From contig OZ316776.1 in the NCBI GenBank assembly GCA_973851085.1, positions 13,082,001-13,146,000 on the forward strand: 64,000 nt of DNA, written 5' to 3'. The DNA is from Ptychomitrium polyphyllum. Its lineage: Eukaryota. Made by a program: the position numbers and the translations under genes. The notes beneath the pieces were generated by a model. It saw only the letters and a program-made list of their open reading frames with translations. It ran no database searches and was not told the origin of the DNA. The number at the start of each line of letters is the position of its first letter. Position 1 is the stretch's first letter. Below are positions 1-13,277 of the stretch, one piece after another.

Positions 1-93
1 GTATTATTTACATAACATCACTATCGCCTAGAAAGATAGTGATGGTAATTATGGTATCTGATGGCAGGACGGGGTGGGCTTTGTGTCTATCAG

Positions 94-3000
94 AGAACAG
101 CAAGAATTTGACTATGGATATGTGGCGAATGAATCAAGTATGTATTCTGCACCTCATCCGTCAAGTTTGGTACACCTTACTTGTTCTTGACACTGATACA
201 CAACTGAATTATCTGCTCTGTGTGTTTGTGCACAGTTGACAAAAATGGTGAGCTCCAAAGATCACCCGTTTCACAAATTTGGAACTGGTAAGAAAATTTT
301 CACCATCTATAGTTGCTCAATTTACATACATTTGAAGCTGTTCGCTCAGCATTGAACATGCGAAGGGGGTCTTTAAGTTGGTGTACTCATGCAGGCAATT
401 TGGAGACGCTTGACGTTTTACCTAAATCAAGAGGAGTGGATACGCGAGATGAGTTGGTCAAATTTTATACAGCTAATTATTCTTCGAACCTCATGCGGCT
501 TGTCGTCTATGGTAGAGGTAAGCCCGAGGTCAATTATTGTGGATTTCCGTTGCTTCAGGTCCTCACAACCTTTGCTTATTGGGATGCTTTTAGGCAGCCT
601 TATTTATTTCTCTTGCATGTTCAATTGCTTTGGACTGTTGTGATAGAGATTTTGCTGACATTATCTACCTTGCTTTGGGAATTTTTGTTCGGCTGAAACA
701 GAGTCAATAGATGAACTCACGGATATGGTCCGCAATAAGTTCAGTTCTATCAATAACACAGGCAGGAAAGCAGAGAAATTTACTGGACAGCCGTGTCTTC
801 CTGAGCATTTGCAGGTAAAGTTGATCGTCAATATGAAACATGCTGGTCAATTCTAGCAAAGTCGCCCTTGTCTATTAGTTAGAACTGACCTGTTTATAGG
901 TCGAATTACGTTGTTGTATTTGAAAAAGTTCATTATTGTCTGTACTTGCGCTTGCATTCTCTAATCTACTATATACTCTGTCGGTCTGGTCTATTTCATG
1001 CTATTTCTTAGGGCTGTTTTTGGGATGCGAAACCTGCAGATAATAGTCAAGGCTGTTCCTGTTAGGGAGGGGCATAATTTGGAAATGATGTTCCCTATTA
1101 CACCAGAGATTCAAAACTATATGGCTGCACCATCACGCTATCTTGGTCATTTGATTGGGCATGAAGCTGATGGATCTCTATTTGCGCTCCTTAAGAAACT
1201 GGGTGAGAATGTTTGTGATTAAAGGTTTCTTTCTGCTTCACACAAAGATAAGCACGTACCTTGTTCAAAATGCTATAGATGAGTATTATATCTGTGAGTT
1301 ATTGATCAGTAGATCATAGTATGATATTACTTATGTGACAGGTTGGGCAAATAGCTTGAGCGCTGGAGAGATAGACAGCAGTTTGGAGTATGGGTTCTTC
1401 ATGATTGCAGTTGAACTAACAGACATTGGACAAGGTATGCACTCTTTATATTGGAACATTGCAGTGTATGTTGGGCTTTAGTGATTGCTATTCACTTGGC
1501 GACACATTCATAAGTATTTATGTTTACTATACCAGATTTCCAACGCGTATCCTTTCTTAGAATTAGATTCCTGTGTACAGCTGAAGGCGCCTGCATGGTT
1601 GCAACTGCTTAGAACTGCATGCATGGGGCAGCAACTAGCTAGCACTTAAATGCGCCATTCAGTTTGTTAAATTATTACGGGATGTAAAATTCTCAGTAGT
1701 TTCTTGCGTGCAAAATGAAGGAAAGTGATCCCTGAATGTTTTGGGTGTGCTATCTTCCATACTTCGTTTGCTGTTTGGCTTGCCTCAATATTTTAGGTGA
1801 TCCATCAGTGCATAGTCTTATATCTTGTGAGATTCTGAAATTGTTTTTCAGAGACTTCTTAGAGGACACTTCAAAACTTATTGGAGCATTGGATTTAACT
1901 TTATGTTGTGGTGACAGAGCACATGGAGGAGGTAGTGAGTCTTACGTTTCAATACATTCGAGTGCTGCAACAGCAGGGTGTGGCTGAGTGGATGTTTGAA
2001 GAGGTACGCATCCTGTCAAGGATTCTCTAACTTTGGTAGAGAAATACATTCCTGGATTCTGCTGAATTTCGATTGGTAGGTGGTCTGTATTCCACTGTCA
2101 ATTCACTGTATTTGCGTCTATCCATGTGGAAGGTCCGAGCTGTTTGCGAGATGAAGTTCCATTTTCAGGACAAGCGACCTCCCATCTCATATGTCACAGA
2201 TCTTGCAGGAAACATGCTGGTACGAATCTTAGTTGTGTGATTTAATTTGAGGTATTTTTGCTGTGTTTTCAATGCTTTTTTATATCAATTTTTTATCCTT
2301 CCAACAATGGGTGTGTTACTGAGTATAAGCTGTCTAGTTGGACCTTCTGTTAATACTTTTCTACCAAGTGGAATGCTTGTATACTGATTTGAGTTATCCT
2401 TGTAGATATACATTTCTAACGTTCTACCCGTCTATGTAGCTCTATCCTCCAAGAGATTGGCTGGCAGGATCATCGCTACCTCGGCGGTTTGATGCAGAGG
2501 CTATTGCAGGCTTAATTGAGCAACTGAAACCTGAGCGAGTGAGGTATTCGATTTTTAATCTGTCCTTTAAACTGTGTGAGTCTTTTTATTTTGTCGAAAG
2601 TGCTGGTCACACCTAGCTTACGGGATACTTTGAGTGGGGGTTTGCGTTTGCAAACAAATGTGTTTCTTTGTAAATGTGCTGCTGATATTAATTCGATGTT
2701 CATCTTGCAGAATCTTTTGGTACTCAAAACAATTTGAAGGTAAAACTTCTGAAAGGGAACCCTGGTATGGAACGGATTATATCATCGAAAGGATTGCAGA
2801 CAGTCTGGTGCAGGTACAATCTTTGGCTTCGGACTATGATATATTTCAATAACTAAGTTTGATTTGATTTAATATTGGTTAGTAGTTTGATTTATTCAAA
2901 TCAAATCCGAAGAATTTGACTGCCATGTGTTAGCAAGCCCAAGAAAGAAAGTCAAGATGGTGTAGGATTTGAATGTAATTCCGTTGACATGATTTAGTCC

Positions 3001-6000
3001 TGCAAGCCCAGGTCCCTTCAACTGTCTGCTGCATGCACCTAACGTTAATTCAATGTTGCAGAATTGGTCAAAAGCCCCAACTGATGAAAAGCTGCACTTG
3101 CCCATGCCAAATGTATTCATTCCAACTGATTTCACCCTGAGAGATCCTGAACCTAAGGTATCTACTTCTGAACATTTATTAGCTTAATGGGTTTGCAAGA
3201 AAGTGTGCAGTTGTTTAGAAAATTCTTGTTATATGCTTCACCTAACTCACGCGGTTTTATTGATGTTCAGGTGGAGCATCCTTTCATTTTGAGGAAAACA
3301 CAAATGTCGAGGTTATGGTTTAAGCCTGACACTAAGTTCCGCACACCTAAGGCTTGCATTCAGATCCAGTTCAATTGCCCAGAGTCCAGTTATTCTCCAG
3401 AAGCAAGCGTGTTGACCCGTATCTTCACGAAATTATTGGTGGACTACTTGAATGAATATGGTGAGATTGCTGTACTTGCTTTTATACAAGCCAATTTATA
3501 ATTTACTCGATTGCTGTTGGAATTTATATTTTAGGGAGCTGTTGACATCTAGTTAGTGGGTTGGTTGACATCTATTAGTGGATCGGTTCTTTTCAATCCA
3601 AATTATAACTCAAAAAGACTACTGGTAGTTCTCCAGCGTTCTTCTCTTAGTTATGTGCTATCATTATTTAAGGTAACCATTAAGCAACATCTTGTAAGTG
3701 TGAGATGATGGTTGTATGGTTAATTTATTTTTTTATTATTAGTCTGCCTAAGATTTTTGGTAGATTTTAGGAGAAAGGGATACCCTTGTAATTTCCTGTC
3801 CACTATTCTGAAGATGTGCTTGTACAGCATACTATGCACAGGTTGCTGGATTGAATTACAGCATTGTTACAACCGGGACCGGATTCCAGGTACGCTGCTC
3901 ATGCTTCTTGTTTTATGCATGTGTTAATTTATGTTTCGTTGTTTTGTATTAACTTGGTTCAAGTAAACATTTTGGGATTACTGTTCTAACGTCCGAGGCT
4001 TGATGAATGGAACACAGGTATCTGTGTCAGGTTATCACCACAAGCTTATCACTTTGGTAGAGAAGATAATTGACAAGGTTGTTAACTTTGAAGTGGAAGA
4101 GGAGCGGTTTTCAGTCATCAAGGTACAAATCTTCCTTGGCAATTCCTTGTTTACTCTTGACTGAGAATATGGTCTTAAGTTCTGTTGTATCACAAGCGTT
4201 CCAAGTAATGATGAGGATCCGGGTTCTTTTTATGAACAAATACGCAATTTCAAAGCAGTTTCCCGTACATGGAACCTATGTTGCAGATGGCTTCTTAATA
4301 GAACAAATGAGAAGCATTCAAGATTGTTCTAAGACATTTTGTGTATACTGATAAATTTACAAATACAGGAGAAAGTGATGAAGGATTATATGAATTTCCG
4401 GTTTCAGCAACCATACCAACAGGTCATGTATAATTGTTCCATGCTGCTGGAGCACAAGCGATGGCACATAAACGAGTTTATTGAAGTACTGCCATCCTTG
4501 GAGGCCCGGGATTTGACTGCGTTTTTTCCTCGCATTCTATCTCGGGTGTTTTTTGAGTGCTTTATAGCAGGTATGGGTGCTGAAATCCAATGTTCAGGTG
4601 ATCACATGGAAGACAGCTTTTGAGAGGATTTTCACATCTTTCTTTCCGTTCTTGTTAACCATTGATAGTATTTGATTACAATTGAACAATATAAAAATCA
4701 CTCTTGGACCTTTTCTTTTTTGAAGTGTTTAATCAAATAATTTTTGCTGTAACCCGGGAGAACCAAACTAACGCTTCCAGGGAGAGTTTTCAGGGAATTT
4801 GACATCCACTGAAGCTGAAGACCTGGTGGAGCAAATTGAGAATACTCTTGCAGATGGGCCTTTAGTGAAGGCAAGGTCCCCGTTTCGGTCTCAGCACTCA
4901 GAGCAGAGAATTGTGAAGTTAAGACCTGGCGCTGACTGGTACTACCCTATTGCTGGGACAAATCCTCAAGATGACAACTCTGCTCTGCAGACGTATTTCC
5001 AGGTATTCTGTTATAGCGCTTGAGTATACTACGATAAGCAATGTGTTTTTTACTCTCTTGAGTTTGTTCATGGACATCAATTTTCAATCTAGGGTATGCC
5101 AAATTTTAAGTGCAAGTATCTAATTTTTGAGCCCCGTCTCACGTTTGGCTGGTGTTGGAGTCGCAGGTTGGCCAGGATAACATGCATATGAATGTACTTC
5201 TTGAACTCTTTGTATTGGCTGCAAAACGTGAAGTATTCCATCAACTTCGAACAGTGGAACAACTAGGTTATGTTGTATTTCTTATGTCTAAGTAAGTTTC
5301 TGAATCTAGGTTGGATCCCAGTTACAATCACAATACCAACATTTAATCGTATTAGATCTGCATATATTACTGTCATTTGATAGCTTCTTTGTGCCTGCTT
5401 TTGTTGATTGTGTCTGTTGGTTGGGTCGTAGGAATGATTATGGTGTGCGTGGGACACATTTTATTATCCAATCAACTGCAAAGGTAGGATTGCTAACGTA
5501 ATCTCGGTTTGTTCCATTGGGTTTTTTTGCAACAAGCTTTTCTTGACGAATCTTTTCAAGATGAACTTGCCTATTTTAAACATGTGTTTTATGAATATGT
5601 TAAATCGATTCCGCTCCTTGACGAAATTATGCCTAATATGCACAGGATCCACGAGGGCTTGAAGAAAGGGTTGAAGCGTTTCTTGAGCAATTCGAGAAAG
5701 ATTTGCAGAAGATGCCAGATGAAGATTTCAAGGTATCAGAAGCCTCATCACAATGTGCTTTATTTTTCCCATCACTTGCATTATCAACTTGTTCTTATAA
5801 ACCCAAGGATTATTGTGTGAATTTGACAAAAGCTGATTTGGTGGTTGACACAGAAAAACATTGACACCCTGATTGAGATCAAACTTGAAAAGCATAAGAA
5901 CCTGTGGGAAGAGAGTAGATTTTATTGGGGAGAAATTGAGGATGGGACTTTGACTTTCCACAGACCACAAATTGAGGTACACTAATACTTCTCACGTCAT

Positions 6001-6415
6001 TGAAATTCTCTGTTGTTTTTTGTGTACAATCTATTACTCAGAGACAAATTATATGACATGTTGCACGACTGGTGATTCTTAGGTAGCAGCCTTGAAAAAG
6101 GTGAACAAGGAAGAATTATTGGACTTTGTAGCACAGAACATTGCTCGAAACGCTCCAAACCGCAGAAAGTTGAGCATTCAAGTCTACGGAGGCCAACACC
6201 TTGCTGAGTTTCAAGCTGCCATGGGCGAGACACTTGACGAAGATGGTCTTAAGCTCGTCCCGACTGAAGATGCTGCACAAGGAGATGGTGCAGTTCCAGA
6301 AAGCAAGGCACCATCCCGAGCAGCAGCCGATCGTATAGACAATATCTACACTTTTAAGCGCTCTCAAGAGTTACACGAGTCTTTGAGGGGCGGAAAACAT
6401 CCCGCCTATGCTTGA
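94..6415 (+). CDS. Insulin-degrading enzyme-like (insulysin, peptidase M16A) gene, multi-exon; 5' part including the HXXEH zinc motif lies before the window
   Basis: About 20 GT-AG exons give IDE-family segments: ENSKNLTMDMWRMNQ (94-137), HPFHKFGT-GNLETL, PSRYLGHLIGHEADGSL, LHLPMPNVFIPTDF, RLWFKPDTKFRTPKA, QLRTVEQLGY, RRKLSIQVYGG. Stop at 6413-6415. Confidence 0.95.
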
Positions 6416-7063
6416 AGTCTTATTGGTTTGGGTATGTTTCCGTGGAGCCATTGATGTGACCTGCAAATTTATAGGGCCTTGAATCTGCTCCTCTCTTTTA
6501 CGCTTAGTGACTGATTCCTTCTGGATAGTCGGATGCCTGCATGGCAATGCGCCTTTTGCATAGCGTGCCAAGTGTTTATTACTTCGGTTCTCTGTTCATG
6601 ATGGTTAGATTCCCTTGAGCAACAATTTTGTAGAGTTTCATGTCTGAGTTGAGAGTACAGGAAATGACAGTCTTTCATGCGAATGCTTTTAGACATTAAA
6701 AATTTGACATGTTTCATTTGCTATGTGGGCCGCAACATGTCTCTGAAACTTCTCACCTAGATCAAAGGTCAACAAAGTGTGGTCTGGAATTTTACAAGCT
6801 CTATTTCAAAGTTCAATGTAGCAGAGTTGGGCCGGTGTAACAAGATTATCGTAAAAAAGTGAAAAAAATGGCTAATTTTGCTCTGAAAGTTTCTGATAAG
6901 CAATTGGTGATGCGCTTCTTACTGTCGGTCTCTATTTATGACTTTCTTTTAATTATTTGGAAATGATTGCTGAGCTCGGCATTCCAAATGGTATCATTTG
7001 TTCAAAGCAAGCAAAGTTTTATTAATCAATCTGGCATGTCACGTTTGTAATTTGGTCTGGAAC

Positions 7064-10000
7064 CTACTTTCCAATCTCTGGCTCTGGCCTATCACATTTA
7101 TACTCTGGTCTAAGACCAATTCGCTGCTTTACATTGTCAATGATCAATTTGTTACCTCTGAGGGCTAAACCTGTACATGATGAACATTACGTTAGTTGTG
7201 AACAACTTCTGACAAATAATCAAGTTCTGACAAATAATCAAGCAATGGTGAGCGCCTCTCTGATATTGTGCCTTTGGAGATTATTAGTGGGAGCCTGGTA
7301 ACTTTTTAACTTTTTAACTTTTTAACTTTTTAACTTTTTAACTTTTTAACTTTTTAACTTTTTAACTTTTTAACTTTTTAACTTTTTACCTCCTATAACA
7401 TTAAGCGGTACTTCATCTCCAGTGGTAATTTCCTCCGTAATAGCCAAGGCAATCACGTATTCATGTAAAATCCTATTTTGGGATGGCACGTCGATTTTGT
7501 CCTTCCATGTAGCAAATAAAATGTAATATAATGTAATTAAGCTTTATAATGTAATTAAGCTTTGCAAATTTAAGATTAAATGGTTTATATTATTTACCAT
7601 TATACAATTGCAATCGCATGTTTATAGTAACATGTTCTTCAACAATTCATGTGACTAACTTAAATCAATATATAGTAGCTAAGCATAGTGATTACGTATT
7701 GTAGGTTTACAAATGATAGTCAATAATTTAATAAACACTTACAATTATGTGAAGGTAACCAAATGGACTAATTCTAAATATGTACTTTTCATTTGTTTCC
7801 GTGTAATAGAACATTTTTATTTCATGAAAATGTTTGTATATTGAGAAATAATTATCCAAAGGTGGGCTGAAACAATGTAATAGCACTTGTTTTTTACATA
7901 CTACATCATCAATAAGTAATATGGACATGATTTTAAAAAGATATGAATGTGGTTTGTAATATAGAATTTAAAGCATATTTTAAAATATGATATTTATAAC
8001 ATTAATTCATTAAATTATATATATATATATATATAATTATATAATTATTTTTTAAAATTTTATTAATTTATTTATTGCCAAAACTAATTTATGCATACCT
8101 TTTCCAATAATATGTAAATTCACCATATAAGTGAGTATGTTTGTAGCCATATCGATGAGCACATGCATTTATCTAAAGCATGATAAAACATGATGAAGTA
8201 TTAGTTAATCAAAAAGGTTAAATGTATATTATAAATTTCTAAAGGAAATATATTTATAAATCTGTCTTAATTTATTGCATGTTGTAAAAAAGTTCTAATT
8301 GAGATATGCATTTATTATTTAAATTGTAATAATAGCATGGCTTTTTTGTACCATGATGGATTGATAAAAAGTTAATATTTTATTGCATTTAGAAAATAAT
8401 TAATCAAATACTTATTAAATTTCTTGATATAAAATTAAAAAAATCTTATCAATTTGCTAAGATGTTTGTTCCATTATAATTTATATTTTTCATTCAAACG
8501 TTATAACCATCATTTATAAGTACAATAGTGAAATTTTACTTTTAAAAAGCTTACTAAATCAAAAACTCCATGAAATAATATTGGAACCAAATTCATATAT
8601 GTAGCTCCAATGTTTATTATAGTTGCTCCCATTAATGCTTTTTGTTGCTTTTTGATGTTGTACTTAAATGTATTCATTTGTATATATACCAAATTAATAA
8701 TGTCAAACCTAATTTTTCATATATAAATAAATATCTATACAAATTAATTTTTATAATATAAATTAAATTTTAATAAAAGATGATTAGAAACCAACTTACA
8801 CTTATTTTAATTTATCTATTGATAACATGAAAGAAATCATTTAAAACTCTGTTGTTAATTCAATTAAGACCATTTTGTTTATTTTGTTGAATGCATGATA
8901 AATTATGTTACTTCAAGTTGATTTATAAAAGAACCTTTTTATATGCATGAAGATAGTGGATGTTAAGCCATAAAAGTATACAACTTTAGAAGAGTCGATA
9001 ATATTATGGAATCTAAAATGTAGAAAGACCACATGCAAATGTTTTCTTCATCTAAACTTTAAATGGAAAGTATGCATCATAAACTATGCATTTTGAGAGT
9101 TGCAAATAGAGAACATGCCTATAGGAAAGTTTTCTTTTATAAAACAAAATTTTCCCTCCTTACATAGATGTTCTACCTTAATATGTGACACAAAATAGTT
9201 TGCAAACATACCCACATCCTGATGGTTTCTCGCCCATAGGGATCCATTGGTATCCAACATCATAATCTGGTGGTTGCCCAAGGACCATGTAACCAACAGA
9301 GTCAAAGTTGCCGTGGTGTTGATCATAATCAACTTGATATACACCGTAAGAAAAACATACTCCTACCACATGGTCAATGAGGCCTTTATCAGCCAACTGC
9401 TTAGGAATGCTAATGGTCATGTTTCCCAGACCAAGAATTCCATAGGATGCGGATGCCATACTGTCATCAAAGCTGAATCCACATCTGTAACAGAAAAATC
9501 ATATAATAAAATAAGCATAAAATAGAATAAAATAGAATAAAATAAAATAAAATCAACATCAACATCAACATCAACATCAACATCAACATCAACATCAACA
9601 TCAACATCAACATCAACATCAACATCAACATCAACAATGCCAACCTCAGTCTGTACAACAACTACAGCCTGAACAAAGTGTACATTCCATCTTACACGCA
9701 TGCCTATTGATACTGTGATTTCTTTCTATGAATTATCAGTAGTATGCTAATTTGTCATTTTCCATTGCATGGATTCAATGTAACATGTACAGTATTGTCA
9801 TACTCATCCAAAAAAGCACAAGAATCCAATGCAATCTTAAGTGATTTATTTCAAGTGCTCAAACAAAATTTCCTTCGATAATAAATACAGGATGACATTT
9901 TGCTTTTAAACAATGCAATGGCAGTACCCAAATTTGATATTAATGGGAGCAGCGTTTGAAGTTGAGATGAGTACATTATCTTCAACAAGTACTGCCGTTA

Positions 10001-12290
10001 CATGACCCCATTTGTCATAATTAATTTTAAAGCACACATGTGCAAATTTCTTTGAATCTGCAGCTTTGTCCTCACTGAGCAACTCAGGCCTGCATTCTCT
10101 GAAGGTCAGATATGCTCTGCCGTCTACATATACTTCCTCAAGTTCCTCCTTAAATCTCTGTGATGAGATAAAATTCTCTGATGTAGGAGTATAAAAGTTT
10201 TCATCCATCTACACATAATAAATAGATTTGTTCTGATTGAGATTGGTTTGAGAATTCTTCTAGTGTGGAGTCTAAATTTCTGTTCTGATAACTTGTCAAT
10301 GTTTAAGCAACTTTGCCTACCCCTGAGAACTTACAAGCAGGTTTCAAGAAAAGGAACTATCACATACCCCATGTGAAAGATGGTAATTGCAGAACAACCA
10401 AGTTGCAAAACTTCCACTGTCCAGAGCAGTGAGAAATATTTTCCCTTTCACCTCAAGCTTGATTTGGTATACACTATCCACAAGCAAACAACATCAATGA
10501 GTTCCATATTGAGATACTAATAACATATCAGGTTCAAGTGAAGTCCAGAGCCAAATATAATGGAGCAAATGTATTGACGATTCACAGCAATCCACAGTAA
10601 CGTTGAGCAAAAACTTCATTTGCTCGTCATTATACAGACGGCCAGTCAACGTTCAAGATTTCTGGATTATGAACAGCCTGCAACTCTCTCAGAGGTAACC
10701 GAAGTAACATGGAATTCAAACTTGTTCTTTTAAATACTGGATGATGTCTGTCTCCTTTGGTACCAGCCTTATGTTGTTGCCTTTAGACCACAATGCTAGC
10801 AAGTTGATGTAAACTCAACCGTCCTAGACCAAAAGGATATGTTACATGCATATTTGTGGAATTTAGTATTGAGCAGCAGTCAGTTGCAACGTTATGTAAC
10901 AGTAGAAACTAGAAACTGCCCAAGGAGAAGATAGGCAACAATGAATTTTATGGAGACAGCAACTGCGACCAATCCTATGTCTGAATTACACAACGTTGAG
11001 TCGTAGATAGTATAGACTCCCTTCCCTTGTCCGCATGGTAATCTTAAAGTAGTCTGAATATTTACGATATGCTGCACTATATCCTCTTCCAAATAAAGGA
11101 ACCTAATATTTGATTTTAGTTGTTGAGTTAAAAAGTGTTCAAAATCCTAACCATTATCTAAAATTAACAAAAAGATTATAGGTTTAATGGACAATGTGTT
11201 CCTGTCAACAAAATGTTCCTTAGAATTCCAAACCCTCGCCTTAACCTGCTATGACTTGAGCGTAATGGCAATAACCCTAAGAAACGTCAGGTTGATGGAT
11301 CCCCCAAACTATAGTATATCCAAATTAACTTATATATAGTAAGACCTACTGCAAAATAGATATATGTGTATCACATGCGCCGGACAGGCTCCAGTGAATG
11401 AACAGTTCTAAAACGAAGTTCAAATCATATACATGTGTTTTAATGCAGGGCGAACCTCCGAGATGTAATTTGGAAGCTCCGATTTCGCCATTAAAGATCT
11501 CCAGTGAGAACTTCTGGAAATCGAAGTCGGGTTGTTGCCTGGGGCACCATCTCGCCATGAAGCATTGAAGGCACTGGCATATACTGGAAATATGAAGGGT
11601 TGTTTCTTCGACTTCATCTGAGATCCATGCTTTGTCAATAGGATTACAACAACGAGGGCTCCCATTACAAGAACCAGAAGTACTTTCAAAGAGCAACGCC
11701 GTAGGCCATGGTCATGTCGCCTTGAACTTCGCAATGCTTTTAAATCCTGCAAAAGAAAGAGAGAGCACAAGTACGATTTCATGGAAAGTGAAAAGGAAGA
11801 TCGGATTTTTAAAACCTTAAGTTATTTAAACCTAATAAGTGTTGACATTGCATCGCACCAAAATCAGGTGCAGAAAAGTCTTCTGTGCATGTTGCATGAG
11901 CGAGGGATTCGTTCTCAAATTCACAAACCAAGCATGTCAACGTTTACAGAAACATTTATGAAACTCAGGGCAGACCTCAATATTGTTCTACGAGAAGTTA
12001 CTTACCTGCACATTTGAAGTTAGAGGCCTTCTGGAGGTTGCAAGATAATCAGATAATGATTCCGGCGTTCCTTGGATTACAGAAACATATCTCCTCATCA
12101 TGTCCCTATCTTTTTGAAACCCTGCCCTAAATCGCACTTCCAGAGCGATAAAAACAAGGCCAGAATCAACGCTCTCTAGAAATGAATTAAATCCAAGAGA
12201 CGGTGATCTTGCCTCCGCTTTGACCAACGGCTGCACTCCCCAGTCTCCGAGACAGTTCATATCCTTCCCCTTCGCAGCATGATGAGGCAT
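7064..12290 (-). CDS. APCB1/nucellin-like A1 aspartic protease homolog with N-terminal transmembrane segment; second catalytic Asp replaced by Asn (candidate pseudo-protease)
   Basis: Hand-built exons: 12290-12006, 11746-11433, 10473-10368, 10208-9928, 9484-9212, 8708-8555, 8172-8124, 7900-7743, 7501-7390, 7170-7064. All introns are GT-AG and phase-compatible (1839 nt). Motifs: TM (VLLVLVMGALVVVILL) then FIFPVY, ALDSGSFATWLFC, IKFG|C, YGILGLG, QLADKGLIDHVVGVCF, IINIGATY, ISPFGYL, NVIG, IIDNVKQRIG. Start Met is uncertain. Confidence 0.8.
7300..7387. repeat. Perfect 8-bp tandem repeat (AACTTTTT)x11
   Basis: Directly visible; starts immediately inside the last intron of the aspartic protease gene, next to the donor site. 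Confidence 0.95.
8016..8035. repeat. (TA)n microsatellite
   Basis: About 10 TA units in an intron of the aspartic protease gene. Confidence 0.9.
9506..9635. repeat. Compound microsatellite: imperfect (AAAAT/AGAAT)n followed by (ATCAAC)x14
   Basis: Directly visible; the hexamer array spans 9552-9635. Intronic, and the source of the spurious poly-DV and poly-LM ORFs. Confidence 0.95.
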
Positions 12291-13277
12291 GGTTCTGAAA
12301 CCCACCGCAAAACTGTGTGCATCTCGAATCCTTGGTTAAGCGTCTCGTTACAATCATATTGTTGATGTTGGTGGCCTTAACAATCTCAATGGAATGTAGA
12401 TGATGGGCGGATGCAGACTTCCCTGCCCTCTAAAATTGTGGAGACAATGTCCACAATGCCCTCAATAACGTTGTGATAATAGGAAGACGTCAGAGTAGAC
12501 ACACCTTGAAGAAAGTGAGGAACTGGGTTAATTGTTGCCTCTACAAACCACCTACCCTAACTGTACCATATGTTCTCAACCAGTAAATACTGGGCTATTC
12601 CTGTAGGAAACATGTAGATGAAGCTGACCTCACCAAAGATAGTCTCCCAAACCTGAGTAAAACCCTTGAGACAACGCAATTCGAGCTAAGACACGACCAT
12701 TTCGAAACATAATTACTTTGCTCAGCTCATCTATTCGTACGTACTACCAGTATCTTGAAACCAATTCCAATAAAGACCTGCATGGAAAAGGTCGCAGCTG
12801 GTCTTCAAATTTCATATGTCATGACATCTGTCCATCGTAGTTCACAGATAGATTGCAAATAATTTCATCACGCGAACAGTTAGAACTCAAGAAAAGGAAG
12901 TTTACATGCGTACAGGCCAAAATCTATGTCGCAACTACCGTATCATGTATAAAATAAGATGCTTTTGCATATTGAGAATACATACATACGAGTTCCAAAA
13001 CGAGAAGCAAAGTAACACCCTGAGTTTCAGAAAAAACTTTCAAAAACTTGTTGTACAAGACAAAATAGCAAAAGTGCGTAGCGCAGAGTAGCAACATGAA
13101 TAGCAACATGAAGCAACCTCTATCTCAACTTTACAATGCTGTCATCCATCAACACCTCTCCGATAGGCGGCTGTCTACACTGTCTCCAGACTAGAACTTG
13201 GTCGTGGGATGGTGGTAAGGTAATGACACTGAGCGCATTTCGGGCAATAACCGACAGCTTTCACGACATCAATAGTT

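Noticed and set aside
7300..7387. CRISPR-like or telomeric array
   Set aside because: No spacers, and the unit is not the plant telomere motif; a simple 8-bp tandem repeat in a eukaryotic intron.
7520..9200. Initial reading as an AT-rich insertion that had deleted the protease's second lobe
   Set aside because: Three in-phase exons (8708-8555, 8172-8124, 7900-7743) with recognisable A1-protease motifs lie inside it.
9417..9701. ORFs with poly-(DV) and poly-(LM)
   Set aside because: Artefacts of the intronic (ATCAAC)n microsatellite.
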